DNA of 64,000 bases from Chiloscyllium plagiosum (GCF_004010195.1 NC_057718.1:26887631-26951630); one strand, 5' to 3'; counted from the stretch's first letter, positions 1 to 13,700 are shown. The notes: a model not told the origin generated them from the letters alone. Numbers and translations are program-made.

Positions 1-20
1 GTTGAAATTAGTTAATAGTT

Positions 21-150
21 ATCCAGGAAAATTTAGACTATTAAATACATAGTCTAACTCCTCAGTAACTAATCAACTGACCCCATACTTACTTCACACA
101 TCCAGGAAAGTTTAGACTATTAAATACATAGTCTAACTCCTCCGTGACTA
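21..150. repeat. Two ~50-bp direct copies (period 79), each containing a 9-bp inverted repeat
   Basis: atccaggaaa(a/g)tttagactattaaatacatagtctaactcctc at 21 and 100. Confidence 0.8.
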
Positions 151-1354
151 TTTCAATGAAAGGGATGATGGAGAAAAAGAAAATAGGTTGATAAAAAGAC
201 AAGTAGAGAACCAAACTATGGATTCAAAGTGTAAATGCAAATTACAGAATCACCAGCAACAACTGAAAAAAACTGAGGCAAGAAAGACAGCATTTTGCAT
301 GATCTAAAATTATTGATCTCATGTTTGAGTACAGAAATCTGTAAATTGCTGAGTTGAAAGATGATGTACTGTTCCTTGAGCTTATGCTGAGTTACATATC
401 AACAATGTAGGAGGCCAAGAAGGAAGCAGCGTCATGACTCACTAGGAAGCACACTGGAAATCAAGCCCCACTATTCCCAGATTTGTCACAAAAATTAAAC
501 ATTTTCAAATGGATACATGCAATTCCCCTAATTGTCAGACTTGTGTTGATAGAAAGTGTGGACCAGGTTTCTGTCCTCTGCGCACAATTTTTAAAAAGCA
601 TATAAATGACTTCACAGCAGATAAAGGGCAGGTAATACATCTCCTCCACATGCTTGGTAAGATGTTATGGTAATCAGAGGGAATGTTTGATGAGCAGGCA
701 ATTCCTTGCAAAATGAATAATCCCTTTATAATGCTGAAAAAGGATGGAAAAAATGGATGTGTTGCTGTGGGATCAGAGGTGGCATAGCAATAATGTCATT
801 GAGCTTCAGATGACACAGATATTGTTTATGTATCCAGTCCCTCAGAAACTCAACTCCAACACACTGAAATTTGCTTCTCTGAAGCATTAATAGTGTTCGC
901 AGCATAGGAGACAAAGTATTATAATTAAAATGGTTGCCAATGAGCTAAGAAGTGCACTTAATGCATGCCCATTCTTTCACTAATTACATCAGATGACAAG
1001 AACATGGATTGAGAAGTTACATTTCACTCAATGGCAGTTATGCCAAATTTTAAGACTGGATAATGTAAACAAACTTAGCTAGTCTTGTGATTTTCCACCT
1101 TAAATTCTCTCCCTCTATTGTATAGTGTTAGATCTGGCAGTAAGATGTTCAACTTGCGCTACCTTCAATCCTGAGGGTAGCAAGATCCCCAAGCAAAAAA
1201 TGAGGTGCTGTTTCAGTACAAGCTAAGTTACTCAAAGAGCAAGAGTGCATTCTAAAACATAATAAAATAAAAATATTCAACATTTCATCATTTCTAAAAA
1301 GAGACAATCTAACCACCACCCCTTGACATTCAATGCTGTTACATCACTGAATCC

Positions 1355-1590
1355 CCCAGAGACCTAAGGAGCAACTTTTTCACATGGAAGGTATGGCATA
1401 TGTGGAATGAGTTGCCAGAGGTGGTGGTGGAGGCTGATACAATTACAACATTTAAAAGGCATCTGGATGAGTAGATGAATAGGAAAGATTTAGAGGGATA
1501 TGAGCCAAATAGGTCTAGATTAATTTAGGATATTTGGTCAACATGGAAAGAAGGATCTGTTTCCATGCTGTATATATCTATGACTCTATA
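1355..1590 (+). mobile_element. CR1-type LINE 3' end fragment
   Basis: ggaatgagttgccagaggtggtggtggagg ... tctgtttccatgctgta ... tctatgactcta tail; reverse complement of the ends at 38195 and 62982. Confidence 0.8.
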
Positions 1591-2947
1591 ACTGATCCTA
1601 TACTCACTTCACACACCCCAACTACACCAGCCCAGACCATTTACACTTCCCATATACTCACACTCGCCATACACACCTGCCCTGTTCCAGACAAGATCCC
1701 CACCCCACTCTAGAGAAAGCTCAAGAGCAGACACATTTTACCAGCTGCAGAACTGCTCCCATCCTTCCCCCACCCTGGAGCCAAACGGACCATTCATCCT
1801 GACTCCCTTTCCCCTATTCGGAGGCTGATGTTCCACTCCCTCCTCCCCCCGGCCACTTCATTTCATGGTTGCCAACCCCACACCCCCCCCCCCACCACGT
1901 CCAACTGTCACCCCAGTATAGAAACGAATTCTTCCCAACCCCGATATACCCTCTCCAGACTGAAATCCATTCCCTTGCTCTGGACTCAACCCACTCTTTT
2001 CTGCTTTGGGCCTGATCCCTGGCATTTGGTTTTGGCAACCTGATACCCCATTCACCCTGTATGGACTCAATATCTCTTCACCTGCTCACCCTTTCTCCCA
2101 CTCTGGGATCCATTATCCTCTTCCTTCATCTGGAGCTGAGGCTCAATGTCAAACCACACCTCCACATCACTCAATACCCTAATCACTTGGCATCCTACCC
2201 ACCTGGCAACCCCACTCGTGACCCACTTGTAATCTATCCAGCTAGCACCCTAATCATTTGGCACCTGACCTCAGCCCTTACTTTCCCAGTATCCTAACCT
2301 CAAATTTACCTTACATACCTATCATTTTACAGCAGTTATCAAATTTGCTGATTCCTTATTAATTTTCTGAATATCAGTTGCTTTGTCGTCTAGAAATTGA
2401 GTCCTGCTGAAAAATGTCCTGTTGGCATTTTTCAACTTGCATTCTTTAGGTCAGACAGATGACTTATATCCCTCCTTTCCCCCTCACCTCATGCAAGGAT
2501 TTTTTAAACACTAAGAGTGCAAGTCAACTGTGTCTCATTACACAATTCTAAACAAATAACAACTTTCTATATGGTTCATTCATAAATTGTTCTAGAAGGC
2601 AGTGAAAGTATTTTAAACTTTGTCCACACTATCTTTGCAATTTAATTTGTGCATTTTTAAAATTAGAATTAAAATAGTTGATAGGCCATTTAAAATATAC
2701 AAGGACTAGAAATAGGCAACTGATGTGAAGAGATTTGCACAGTCAATAATTCAAATGATCTGATAATCTGCTGTAATATTCTTGTAATATCTGTGGGATG
2801 GAAGAAAACACTGATGAAAAGTGCTAATAGTTTTCTTTTGCATGCATTAATTGAACTATATCAATTAACAAAAAAGATTAATAATAGAAGCTAACAACCA
2901 AGTTATTTACTGATATGGAGGCGAGCAACAATACATTCGAAATTATC

Positions 2948-2953
2948 TTTATT
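2948..2953 (-). terminator. Candidate distal AATAAA polyadenylation signal of XPO5
   Basis: AATAAA on the minus strand followed by a GT/T-rich tract, about 1.6 kb after the stop; other AATAAA at 4518-4523, 4157-4162 and 4087-4092. Confidence 0.4.
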
Positions 2954-4564
2954 GGTGAAATAAAAATCAAAGCAAGTGACAGTATTTTCCTCCAATTCAT
3001 ATCATTCCTGTGTCAAGTCTCAACAAAATCTTTGAGGAAAGAAAATTGAAATAAAATAATATTTCCTTTTATAGTGCTCAACTGTGTCAAATGAGCAGAA
3101 TTCTGCAGTTTTGCTTTTAAATAGTTTTACCAGATTTAAAGTACGATTAAGGAAACATGCAATATAACTACCAGTAAAGTATAAATGAAAATTGATCAAC
3201 TTAACATGCCACCTGTTGCTATACACAGAAATAATTTCAGAACTTATGGCTAGTGCATTGTCATTGAAGAGTTGGCAGTTATTTTAAAATGTGGGCAACC
3301 AGCTTTATACTAAAAAATGTTAAAAGTTAACATTTCATGAATATCTTTAATAGTGTCTTCATTGGGGTTAACAGTAAGGGGTTTTATGTCAGACAAAGAG
3401 TTCTATTCTAATACAGCTCTCAATAATATCTACTTCCATTATGAAGAATAAGTTCTTCACTTTATAATGCATTACAAGGTGATTAACTGAAAATTTAGGT
3501 ATGTTTATATTAATTACAAACCAGTGGGAGTAAGAATGTATTTTCAAAACAAATATTATCACAAGTGTCACATAACTCATATCATAATGATGCCATTTCA
3601 CCTATTACTAAGATACAAAAGATACAAAGATAAATGAGCTGATCAAATTAGCTGAGAAAATAAAAATGGAAGAAAAACATTTAATTATAGATGGTTCATC
3701 CACCTTACAACTATTATAAAAGACTCTTCCACAAAAATTCTTGGAACAGGAACAACCATCACTTTAATGTTAATTTCCAGTTCATTTTCCAAATCTACAT
3801 TTAAAACACACAAAGTGTAAAGTGAGTTGCTAATGCTAAATGCAGAGAAATTTGGTAACAAATTTTAAAATGAAGTTACTAGTTCCCATCATTTTCTGCT
3901 TCTGAAATTTTACCTGTCTAGACTCAGACTGATTTTAAAAAATCAAAACATATGCAGTTATGAAGATCTGGTTGTCTTGACATGCATTAGAAGATAAACG
4001 TTCATACACAAACCCAGACAGTCAAATTTAATATTAAACAATGGCATACAAAATATTTTAACAAAACCTCAAAAGGATACTTCTGATTTATTTTAGTACG
4101 GAGAGCACAAACTGTCAGTATACAACACATGGATAAACAGATTGCTGCAAACTCAATTTATTAATTCAATTTCGGAAAAGTTTAAGGCATTTCATAATGA
4201 ACTACCACAGTTTGCAGTTCTTTCCACCATAGAATGCATTACAAAGTTCTGCAGGTTGGCTAAAAGAATTGGTGGCAGAAACAATTTTATGGGGTATAAC
4301 TTTTACCGTCAGCAGTTAACTAGGTATTGTGTCTACCAGAAACATCTGGCTACCAATTTGTTAAAGTTATTATCTTGGCTTCATGAAAGTATTCTCTTTA
4401 AGGTGAGCAGCCATTTTAAAGTAGATATTTGATGCTAATTTCCACTATGCTAATGTTGTTGAACACTTTACAACTAAAGACACACTACAAATTTAAAAAT
4501 CAACATAAAAGGTCCATTTTATTCCATTAAGCAGGAGTGGAAGCCAAACAGAGCCTGTCACTCT

Positions 4565-4720
4565 TCACATGTCCTGAGCTCTTGGATCAAAGAGTGGGGT
4601 TAGGACATTGTCTTCATTAGTTTCTTCTATTGGTGTGGTGGGCTGTGGTTTTGGTTTCTTGAAAAGAGTAGGCAAGTTTTTGATATGCACCTCTTTTTTG
4701 AATTTCTGCCCAAGTGGCTT
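4565..4720 (-). CDS. XPO5: XPO5 terminal coding exon 32 (156 nt including TGA)
   Basis: KPLGQKFKKEVHIKNLPTLFKKPKPQPTTPIEETNEDNVLTPLFDPRAQDM*; tttttcag acceptor. Confidence 0.94.
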   Translation of the reverse strand, partial: KPLGQKFKKEVHIKNLPTLFKKPKPQPTTPIEETNEDNVLTPLFDPRAQDM

Positions 4721-7700
4721 CTGAAAAATACAAGTGAAAAAAACATTCTTTAATCAAATGATCAAGAGCTAAATAAATTGAAGACTTTTTTGTGCAGAAT
4801 TGTAAAAGAAAAATTGTCAACAACCGATTATTGATTTCACCTCAAAGTACTACACAAAGTTAAGAATACGGATTATAACTACAATTAGAAGGGATAAATT
4901 AAAATACCTCCAAACGGACCCCACCACCAAGGACCGTTACCTCCAAACGGACCCCACCACCAAGGACCCGCTCCTCCGCCCTTGAACCCCGCCCCTCCAA
5001 CCGCCACCAGGACAGAATCCCACTGGTCCTCACCTACCACCCCACCAATCTCCATGTACAGCGCATCATCCGCCGTCATTTCCGCTACCTCCAAACGGAC
5101 CCCACCACCAAGGATATATTCCCCTCCCCTCCCCTATCAGCATTCCGTAAAGACCACCCCCTCCGTGACTCCCTTGTCAGATCCACACCCCCCACCNNNN
5201 NNNNNNNNNNNNNNNNNNNNNNNNNNNNNNNNNNNNNNNNNNNNNNNNNNNNNNNNNNNNNNNNNNNNNNNNNNNNNNNNNNNNNNNNNNNNNNNNNNNN
5301 NNNNNNNNNNNNNNNNNNNNNNNNNNNNNNNNNNNNNNNNNNNNNNNNNNNNNNNNNNNNNNNNNNNNNNNNNNNNNNNNNNNNNNNNNNNNNNNNNNNN
5401 NNNNNNNNNNNNNNNNNNNNNNNNNNNNNNNNNNNNNNNNNNNNNNNNNNNNNNNNNNNNNNNNNNNNNNNNNNNNNNNNNNNNNNNNNNNNNNNNNNNN
5501 NNNNNNNNNNNNNNNNNNNNGTCTGACCTTTCACCCTCACCTTGACCTCTTTCCACCTATCACATTTCCGACGCCCCTCCCCCAAGTCCCTCCTCCCTAC
5601 CTTTTATCTTAGCCTGCTGGACAAACTTTCCTCATTCCTGAAGAAGGGCTTATGCCCGAAACGTCGATTCTCCTGTTCCCTGGATGCTGCCTGACCTGCT
5701 GCGCTTTTCCAGCAACACATTTCCAGCTCTGATCTCCAGCATCTGCAGACCTCACTTTCTCCTCATAAATTAAAATTAGCCCATCCCTCAAAAGGATGAA
5801 AGGGCTGAGCAGGGTTGGGGTACCACGAGATTGGAAGCTGTGGAGGGGAGTTCTCCAACAGATATGCGGTCACTGATAGTTTTGGAAACAATACAGTTCT
5901 GAAGAGTCATATCTCATTCAGTGTCAACTGTTTCTCTAAAATGCTGCCAGTCTAGCTGAGTTTGTTTTTTTTATTTCAGAGTTCCACTGTCTGCAGTATT
6001 TTACTTTTATTGCAACAATCATCAAGGAGAGAGTGTCAATGACAAGACAACAGAGTTTGTAGCAAAGACCTATTATGATGATGGTCTTCACCTTCTCAAT
6101 ATTTAATTAAGAGCAAGATATTGTTCATCTAACATTGAATGCTGGATAAATGGTTGAGCAATTCAGATAGTCAAATGAAATGGGGTGGTAAAGCTAACGT
6201 AGTCAACATAAGTCATTTTTAAAAATGTTATTTTGAATAATGTCAGCAAAGGAACAAATGCTCAAAAGACTCAAGTCAATGGGCTGGGAGCAAGAATATG
6301 AGTCAAATAGGTGATTCTGTGACAAAATAGCAAAGAATGGAGACAGATGAGTGCTACTCTAATTCAACTTGAAGTGGACAAGCATTGGAGAGGGGGAATA
6401 TGGCAAAGATGTAGACTAGTTGAAAAGGACAAGTGATATTTTATCTTCATAATCTATAAAAGCTATTTCAGTAGGGTAAAAGGAGCATCAACTTGACTGG
6501 AAGAATGCGAGACATGGAGCTGAGGAAGATAGGTGCAACTTGGGATCAGTGACAGGTTGGCAATGGCGTGTCAGTTTGAAGAGACAAGGGGGTGCGGTAT
6601 TAAAATTGTTCTTTTGCGAGATAGATATCAGATTTTAATGAGCAGGATATAGTACCAGAGGACAGAGCTATTTATATCAAGTAACATGAAAACAAGGATA
6701 GGAGTTTGGGAAGCCAGCAATTTAGTAGACCAAGCTCACTCCAAGTTAAACCTAGTTTGAGATTCTTCAGCCTCCTACCAATGGAATTCCAACAGTACTT
6801 CAATACAACATATGCATAACAATTTAGTATTCCTTTGGAGAATGTACAAATAGTCCTATATAATTTAAACATCACTGCTTAGAGTCATACAGCACAGATA
6901 CAGACCTTTTGGTCCAATGAGTCTATGTCGAACATAATCCCAAACTAAACTAGTCCCACCTGCCTATTCCTAGCTGGTATCCTTCTAAACCTTTCCTATT
7001 CATGTACTTATCCAAATGTCTTTTAAACGTTGTGATTCACCACCTCCTCTGGAAGCTCATTCCACATGCAAACAGCGTAAATAATTTGCCCCTCATATCT
7101 TTTGAAAATCTCTCCTTCTACCTTAAACATCTGCCCCCTAGTCTTGAAATCTCCCACCCCAGGGAAAAAAGACAACCATCATTAACTCCATCTATACTCC
7201 TCATTATTTTATAAACTTCTATCAGTTTGCCTCTCAACCTCCTACACTCCAGTAAAAAGTCCCAGCTACTCTAACTCAAACATTCCATACCCTGCAACAT
7301 TCTGATAAATCTCTTTTGAACCCTTTCCATCTTTCCTTCCTATAATTGGGTGACCACATCTGAACACAGTACTCCAGAAGAGGCCTCACCAATGTCCTAT
7401 ACAACCTCAACATGACATCTCAACTCCTATCTCAAAAGGACTGAGCAATGAAGGCAAGCATACCAAATGTTTTTTTTTTAAACTACCCTGTCTATATGTG
7501 ATGGAAACTTTAAAGAATTATGTACCTGCACCCCTGGTTGGCACTACCCCAGGGCCAACCATTAATTATATAAACCCTATCTTTGTTTGTTGGACCAAAA
7601 TGTAACACCTCACATTTATCCAGATTAAATTCCCATCTGCCATTTTTCAGCCCATTGGCCCATTTGATCAAGATCTGTTTATAATCTTGTAAAACCTTCT

Positions 7701-10700
7701 TCACTGCTTACCATATCACCAATTTTGGTGTCACCCGCAAACTTACTAACCAAGCCGTCTATATTCTCATCAAAATAATTTAAATAAATGACAAACCAAA
7801 GAGGACCCAGAACCGATCCCTGTGGAACACTGCTGGTGACAGGCTTCCAGTCCCTCATCATCACCCTCTTTCTCCTGTCATTAAGACAATTATATATCCC
7901 ATTGGGAAGCTCACCCTAAATCCCATGTGACCTAACTTTCCTAATTGATCGACCATGCAATCCTTGAAGGCTTTTCTAAAGTAAACAACATATACTACTC
8001 TGGCCTCAATCTTTTTTGTAACTTCCTCAAAACTTCTTCAAATGTTACACATTTTGTGGAAGCTAAGTTTTTGAAGACACCATAATTTACCCCAATGCAA
8101 CCAGACAAGAGTTTCTTGAAGAGGTCCTTTCTTCTTTTGTCACCCATTTTATGAGATGATGGGTTCAGAAGTTTTGTATCAAACTGGTCTAAAGCATCTC
8201 CAGAGATTTGAGGAACTTGCTGCATAACTGTTTTTAAATCGGGATATCGTGGTCTCTGCAAATTCAATTCAAAAAGAAAATATTTAACACCTATAGTACA
8301 TATAAATAAAATAAATCAACATGGTACATCATTAGGATACTACAAAACATCACCAAGCTTAGTGACACCCCTCTGGTATTTTACTTACTTAATATAATTA
8401 TGTCCCACACATAAATATATAAATATTTTAAGCAACCTGCTCAAGGTGTTCTTACACACATCAGGGAGTAGGTGAGACTTGAACCCAAGTTAAAAGGTCA
8501 TGCCATCAAACCTCTTACAAGGCTTCAGCATATAACCCAGCAGACAGTTTAGTGCCTTACTGAGGAACTGCTGAACTCTAAGATGTGCCAGCTTTCACGT
8601 GAAACGCTGAATAAACAAATATATCTTGGCATATGTGTGATTATTAAAGACCCCTTCCATTGTTCAAAGAAGAGCAAGGGAATTTTGATGTCCTGACCTA
8701 AAGTAAACCCTCAGTCAACACCAGAAAAAGACCATTCTTTCACTTTTGATGACAAACATGTTTCTATTAGACTAATTCGTTTGGCTATAAAGTATTTGGA
8801 ATATCATGAGGATATGAAAGGAGCTACACAAATATATTTGGGTCTAAATGTGATGTGTTACTTGCACTGTGCACTTAACATGCAAAATAACAATTTAATT
8901 TAGTTGTATTAATTAGAAATAAAGACACTGAGTCAAAGGAAGAAAAAAAAACAGGTGGCCAAAAGCTTAATTGAAAAGGTGGTGTTAAGGAGAATCTGAA
9001 AAGGTAGAAAGAGAGGGGGATAAACAAGGTTGGGCAGACAAGCCAACAGTCAAAACAATTTTGTTTGCATGTGGTGGGGGGGAAGAGAAAAGAGAGAGGA
9101 CAGCATTACACGAAGAGTTGGGGAACAATTGCAAGGGAATTTAAAACACAAGGACTGGAATTTTAAAATTGGAGTTGTTGATAGACCAATAGCCAAATGC
9201 AGGTTAGCAAAACAACCTATATGCAAGAATATGCACTGAAGTTTACAAAGAATGAAGGAAATGAGTTGGCTAGAAACCCACATGTGGAAAAGGATGAAGT
9301 TTCAGCAGTAGACAAGCTCGAATAGATTAGATTCCCTCAGTGTGGAAACAGGCCCTTTGGCCCAACCAGCCCACACCGACCCTCTGAAGAGTAACCCACC
9401 CAGACCCATTTCCCTCTGGCTAATGCACCTAACACTACGGACAATTTAGCAAGGCCAATTCACCTGACCTGCATATCTTTGGACTGTGGGAGGAAACTGA
9501 AGCACCCGGAGGAAACTCACGCAGACACGGGGAGAATTGCAAACTCCACACAGACAGTCACCAGAGGCAGGAATCATACCCCAGTCCCTGGTGCTGTGAG
9601 GAAACAGTGCTAACCACTGAGCCACCGTGCCGCCCACTCAGCCTCCAATGTTGTAATGAAAGCAATTCAGGTTTCCTTATAGCTAATACATTCCTATCTA
9701 GGTAACATTCTCTTTTACACCCTCTCGAGAGTCTCCACATCTGTCTTATTGTATGTGTCCAGAACTGCACAGGATACCACCAAAACTGGCCTAACTAAAA
9801 TTTCTTACAGCAGCAACATTACTTGCCAACTTTTATTTCAATGCCTGACCAATGAAGACAGCATTACATGTGCCTTTTTTACCACTTGATCCACTTGCGT
9901 TGCCACAAATACACAGGTCTAACATTAGCGCATTGGAAAGATGGCAGGATGACTTAGTGGTTAGTATTGCTGCCTCATAGCACTTGTGACCGAATACGGA
10001 GCAAGACTTGCAATTTAGGCTTTTGTATTACTAGGAGTGCACACATGGCCTTTACCTCATACACATTTCCAGTGTGCTACACCGGGCGATTGGTTTAGAT
10101 GACAATAGCATGCAGGCAATCAAGTCTCACTATTCGTGGAGTCATCATAAAGGTTTGCAGGATCCCCAATTTACCAATCTCTCTGATCCAGGTGAACAGA
10201 AAATATGGACCAGGTTTCTGTACTTCAGAAGAACTATTTATTACAAATAGATTCTAACCACAGAAAAACAACAATAAATTGTCGTCATATAAATTTACTA
10301 TTTAAAACCTTAACCCCATTCCAATACACTCCAACACCACGTATACCTAAGGATTTGTATTGTGGGTGAGAGGGAAAAAAATATACTGAGGAAACAGTTC
10401 AATGGCACCAGTATCAAAGATTTGATCGAGCATTCCTTTTGTTTCCCAAGTCCTTCAACTCGTCTTTTCCTTCGGGTTGTTTCACTTCACGGAAGGCTCA
10501 GAACAACTGTTTTATAAATTATAAAGTTTCTGACTTATTGGATGAAAGTAGCAGCTTACAACTGGTGAGAGTAAACTAGCTTCCTTTAGCTTTAAGCATT
10601 TTCCCTTCCAGAGGTTTGAAGGTTTCTCACTATCATTCACAACTAAATACTATTGAGCAACCCAGGAACTAATGAGACAATTTTGGTCATGCTGATCTTT

Positions 10701-13700
10701 GGCACCCACAACTAGTCACATTCCACAAATCAATCAGCAACCTATTCCCGGCCAAATCTCTCATTGTATGCACATCTTGGCGCCAGGCCATCTCTTCTTA
10801 GATCTTCCTCACAGCTTGCAAAGCAACACCAACTACAAAGAGTTTCAGTAACTTGCTTTTTAAAAGTACTGATTGCTTTCCTCAGTTGTTTGTTGTAAAA
10901 TTGTCCTTTTCAGTTCATAATCGAAAGTAAAACAAAATAAAAATGTAGTTTTTTTCACTTAGGTAAGTCCTATGTTTGATCAAAGACAACAGAAGGAAAG
11001 GCTAACGAGCAATATTAATTGTTTAGCTCTACGTTTACAGAAAAGAGCAAGCTAGCGGAAGGAGCACTTTCTCCCTAAAAAATCTCAAATATAAAAATTT
11101 ACAAGATAATAAAAGGATTAAAGCTCTGAAAATTTGGAAAGATTTAATGTGCACAGAGCAACCTAACTGTACACCAAGTTTACATTCTTCTAAATTTTTC
11201 ACAGGATAGCAGGCATCCCTGGTAAGGACAGCATTTATTGCTCATCCGTAATTGCTTGAGATGGTGGTTACCTGTTTTCTTCCGTTGTTGCAATTTTCGT
11301 GGTGCAGGTAAACTTGCAGTATATTCTGGTAGACTGTATAGCATTTTGACCCATGATATTTGCAAGTCAGGATAGTGAGAGGTGTGGAGTGTAACTTGCA
11401 GGGAGTATTCCCTGCATCTGCTGTACTTGTTATTCTAGGTGACAGAAGTCAGTGGAAGGAATTATTGTTTAAACTGGTACACAAGGTGCTAATTAAGTAG
11501 GTGCTTTGTTATGGACAGCTTTGAGTTCTGCTTCAAAACTTGTTCAAGCAGTTGTATTCCATCACATTACAGACGTGAGTTAATTCTCTTCCTTAACCTC
11601 TACAACATACTTATCCCTTTTAAACACTCCTTGAAACCATCTTTGATCAAACCACTCATCATCTAGCTTAACATCTAGTGCTTGGAGTTACATTTTGTTT
11701 TACAATGCTCCAGTGAAGCAGTTTGAGACACTTTATTACATTAAAGATGCTATATTAATAGAAGACCGTGTTGTTTAAAACATGGTCCATACCCCCACAC
11801 TCCTATATTTGTAGCATTGAAGATAATGCATTGGTACGGATTTATGAACTAGCCCTGACTGTCTTGTCTGTTAACTAATGGGTCTTTTTCAGGTTGGAAA
11901 GATGTAACTGGTGGAGTGCTACATGGATCAGTCCTCAATTTTCTACAAGTCGGTATTAATGATGTGTGTATGCATTGTCCAGGGGGTGGCAAGACAGTAT
12001 GTCTTCCAATTTACTGACAATAAAAAAAAAGGTGGGAGGCCATGTTGGGGCCAACATAAGGAATCTGCAAGGGGATCTAGATTGGTTGAGTGAATAGACA
12101 AAAGCATGGCAGTTGGAGTTTACTATAGGAAAGTGGGAATGCATGCATTTTGGTAGGTAAAATCAAAAAGCAGACTTCATTTAAATGGAAGAAAAACTCC
12201 AACATTGTGCAGCATAGGGGGTTCTGAATGCATTTGTACATGGATCACAAAAGGTTAGCATGCAGGTGCAGCAAGCAATTAAAGGCAGCAATTTGAATCA
12301 TGCCAAAATAATACAAGTAGGCATTTAGAGTTTAAAAAAAAGTGAAGTGTGGTTACATCTGTACAGGGTGTAGTAAGGCTGTACCTGGAATACAGTGTAC
12401 AATTTTGGTCCCGGTTTTTAAAAAAGGATATACCTGGAATGGATGCTATTCAAAAGAAATTCACTTAGCCTGATTCCTGGGAAGAAGACCATATAAAGAA
12501 CAGCTAAACAGGTTAGGGCTTTACTACTTAAAGTTCAGAAGAATAATGTACAATCTTTTGAAAGATAAAAAGATTCTGAAGATGGCTTGATAGTTTAGAT
12601 GTTGAGATTATGTTTCCGCCAGGGGAGGAATCTCAAGCTGGCGGACATAGTTACAGAATAAAGGACTTATTTAAAATTGACACTCAAAAGTTTCTTCTCC
12701 AGTGGGTAGTAGATGTCTGAAATAGTCTACTCCAGAGAAGTGTGGAAGCCAAATGACCAAACATATTTAAAGATGAGGCAGATAGATTATTGAAATATCA
12801 GATACTGGAAGGCTATGCTGAGCTGGTACAAAACAGGAAGGGAGGCTTGGGTCACTTCAGCCATGTGTTGAATGGTAAGGCAAGCTTGAAGGGCCAAATG
12901 ATCAGCTCCTACTACAATTTCTCATGCTTTTATGTACGTTATATATAATCATGGAATATCTACAGTGCAGAAAGAGGCCACTCGGCACATTAGGTCTGTG
13001 CTCATGCTCCAAAGAGCGCCACACCCCCTCAAGTACCCCCACATTCACCATGGCTAACCCACCTAGCTTAGAAACCCTGAAAACAGTACGGAGCAATTTA
13101 GTATGGCCAATCCACCCTAACCTGCACATCTTTAGGCTATGGGAGGAAACCGGGGCCCTGGAGGAAACCCACCTAAACACGTCCACAAAGGCAGACAATC
13201 AAAGAGGCTGTAATTGACTCTGGGTCCCTGATGCTATGAGGCAGCAATGCTAACCACTAAGTCATCCTGCCATTCTTCTTTCCCCTAATAAATAGAAAAT
13301 ACAAACAGAGAGCCTTTGAATCAATCATTTTTATAACACACTTCTCCATTCAGAGATGCTATTTACCAATGCCTCGTAGATCATGAAAGCAAGATTGACC
13401 AGTGCTGCGAGGCACCCTTCATGTTGTCCATGCATTTGCAGCCCTCTAAGCACGCTCATGAAGAACCAACTGGCTGCATCAGAATGCAGGGTTGCAGACA
13501 ATACCTGAATACAAGGAATAATCAATTTATTTTGTTTTCATAAACATTTGGGTCAAAGAAAGAATAGTGCCTGGCTAAATAAGATCATCAGGATAAAACA
13601 TGAGCAAGTTGCAATTTAATCAAAAGAACTGATGGGTAAATGTAATGATCAACCCAAAATTTCATTTAATATCCAAGACATTCAATGTTCAATTTCCCAA

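Larger units (their letters stand above)
4906..5764 (+). mobile_element. Penelope-like retroelement, family A (Neptune-like), 5'-truncated, spans the gap
   Basis: Open frame RIPLVLTYHPTNLHVQRIIRRHFRYLQTDPTTKDIFPSPPLSAFRKDHPLRDSLVRS (PLE RT-EN linker), pLTR end, 12-bp TSD ataaattaaaat (4894-4905 / 5765-5776). Confidence 0.85.

Noticed and set aside
461..4432. Short ORFs that might belong to a neighbouring gene
   Set aside because: No recognisable protein similarity or exon chain; region looks like 3' UTR, low-complexity C-rich DNA and repeats
4982..5585. Long ORFs of 139-187 aa
   Set aside because: They stay open only because they run through the N gap, and they are off-frame readings of a PLE
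9560..9635. tRNA-like A/B box sequence
   Set aside because: It is the head of a SINE present in many copies and does not form a full cloverleaf
10150..10950. Possible solo LTR
   Set aside because: No TG...CA termini, TSD or second copy could be identified
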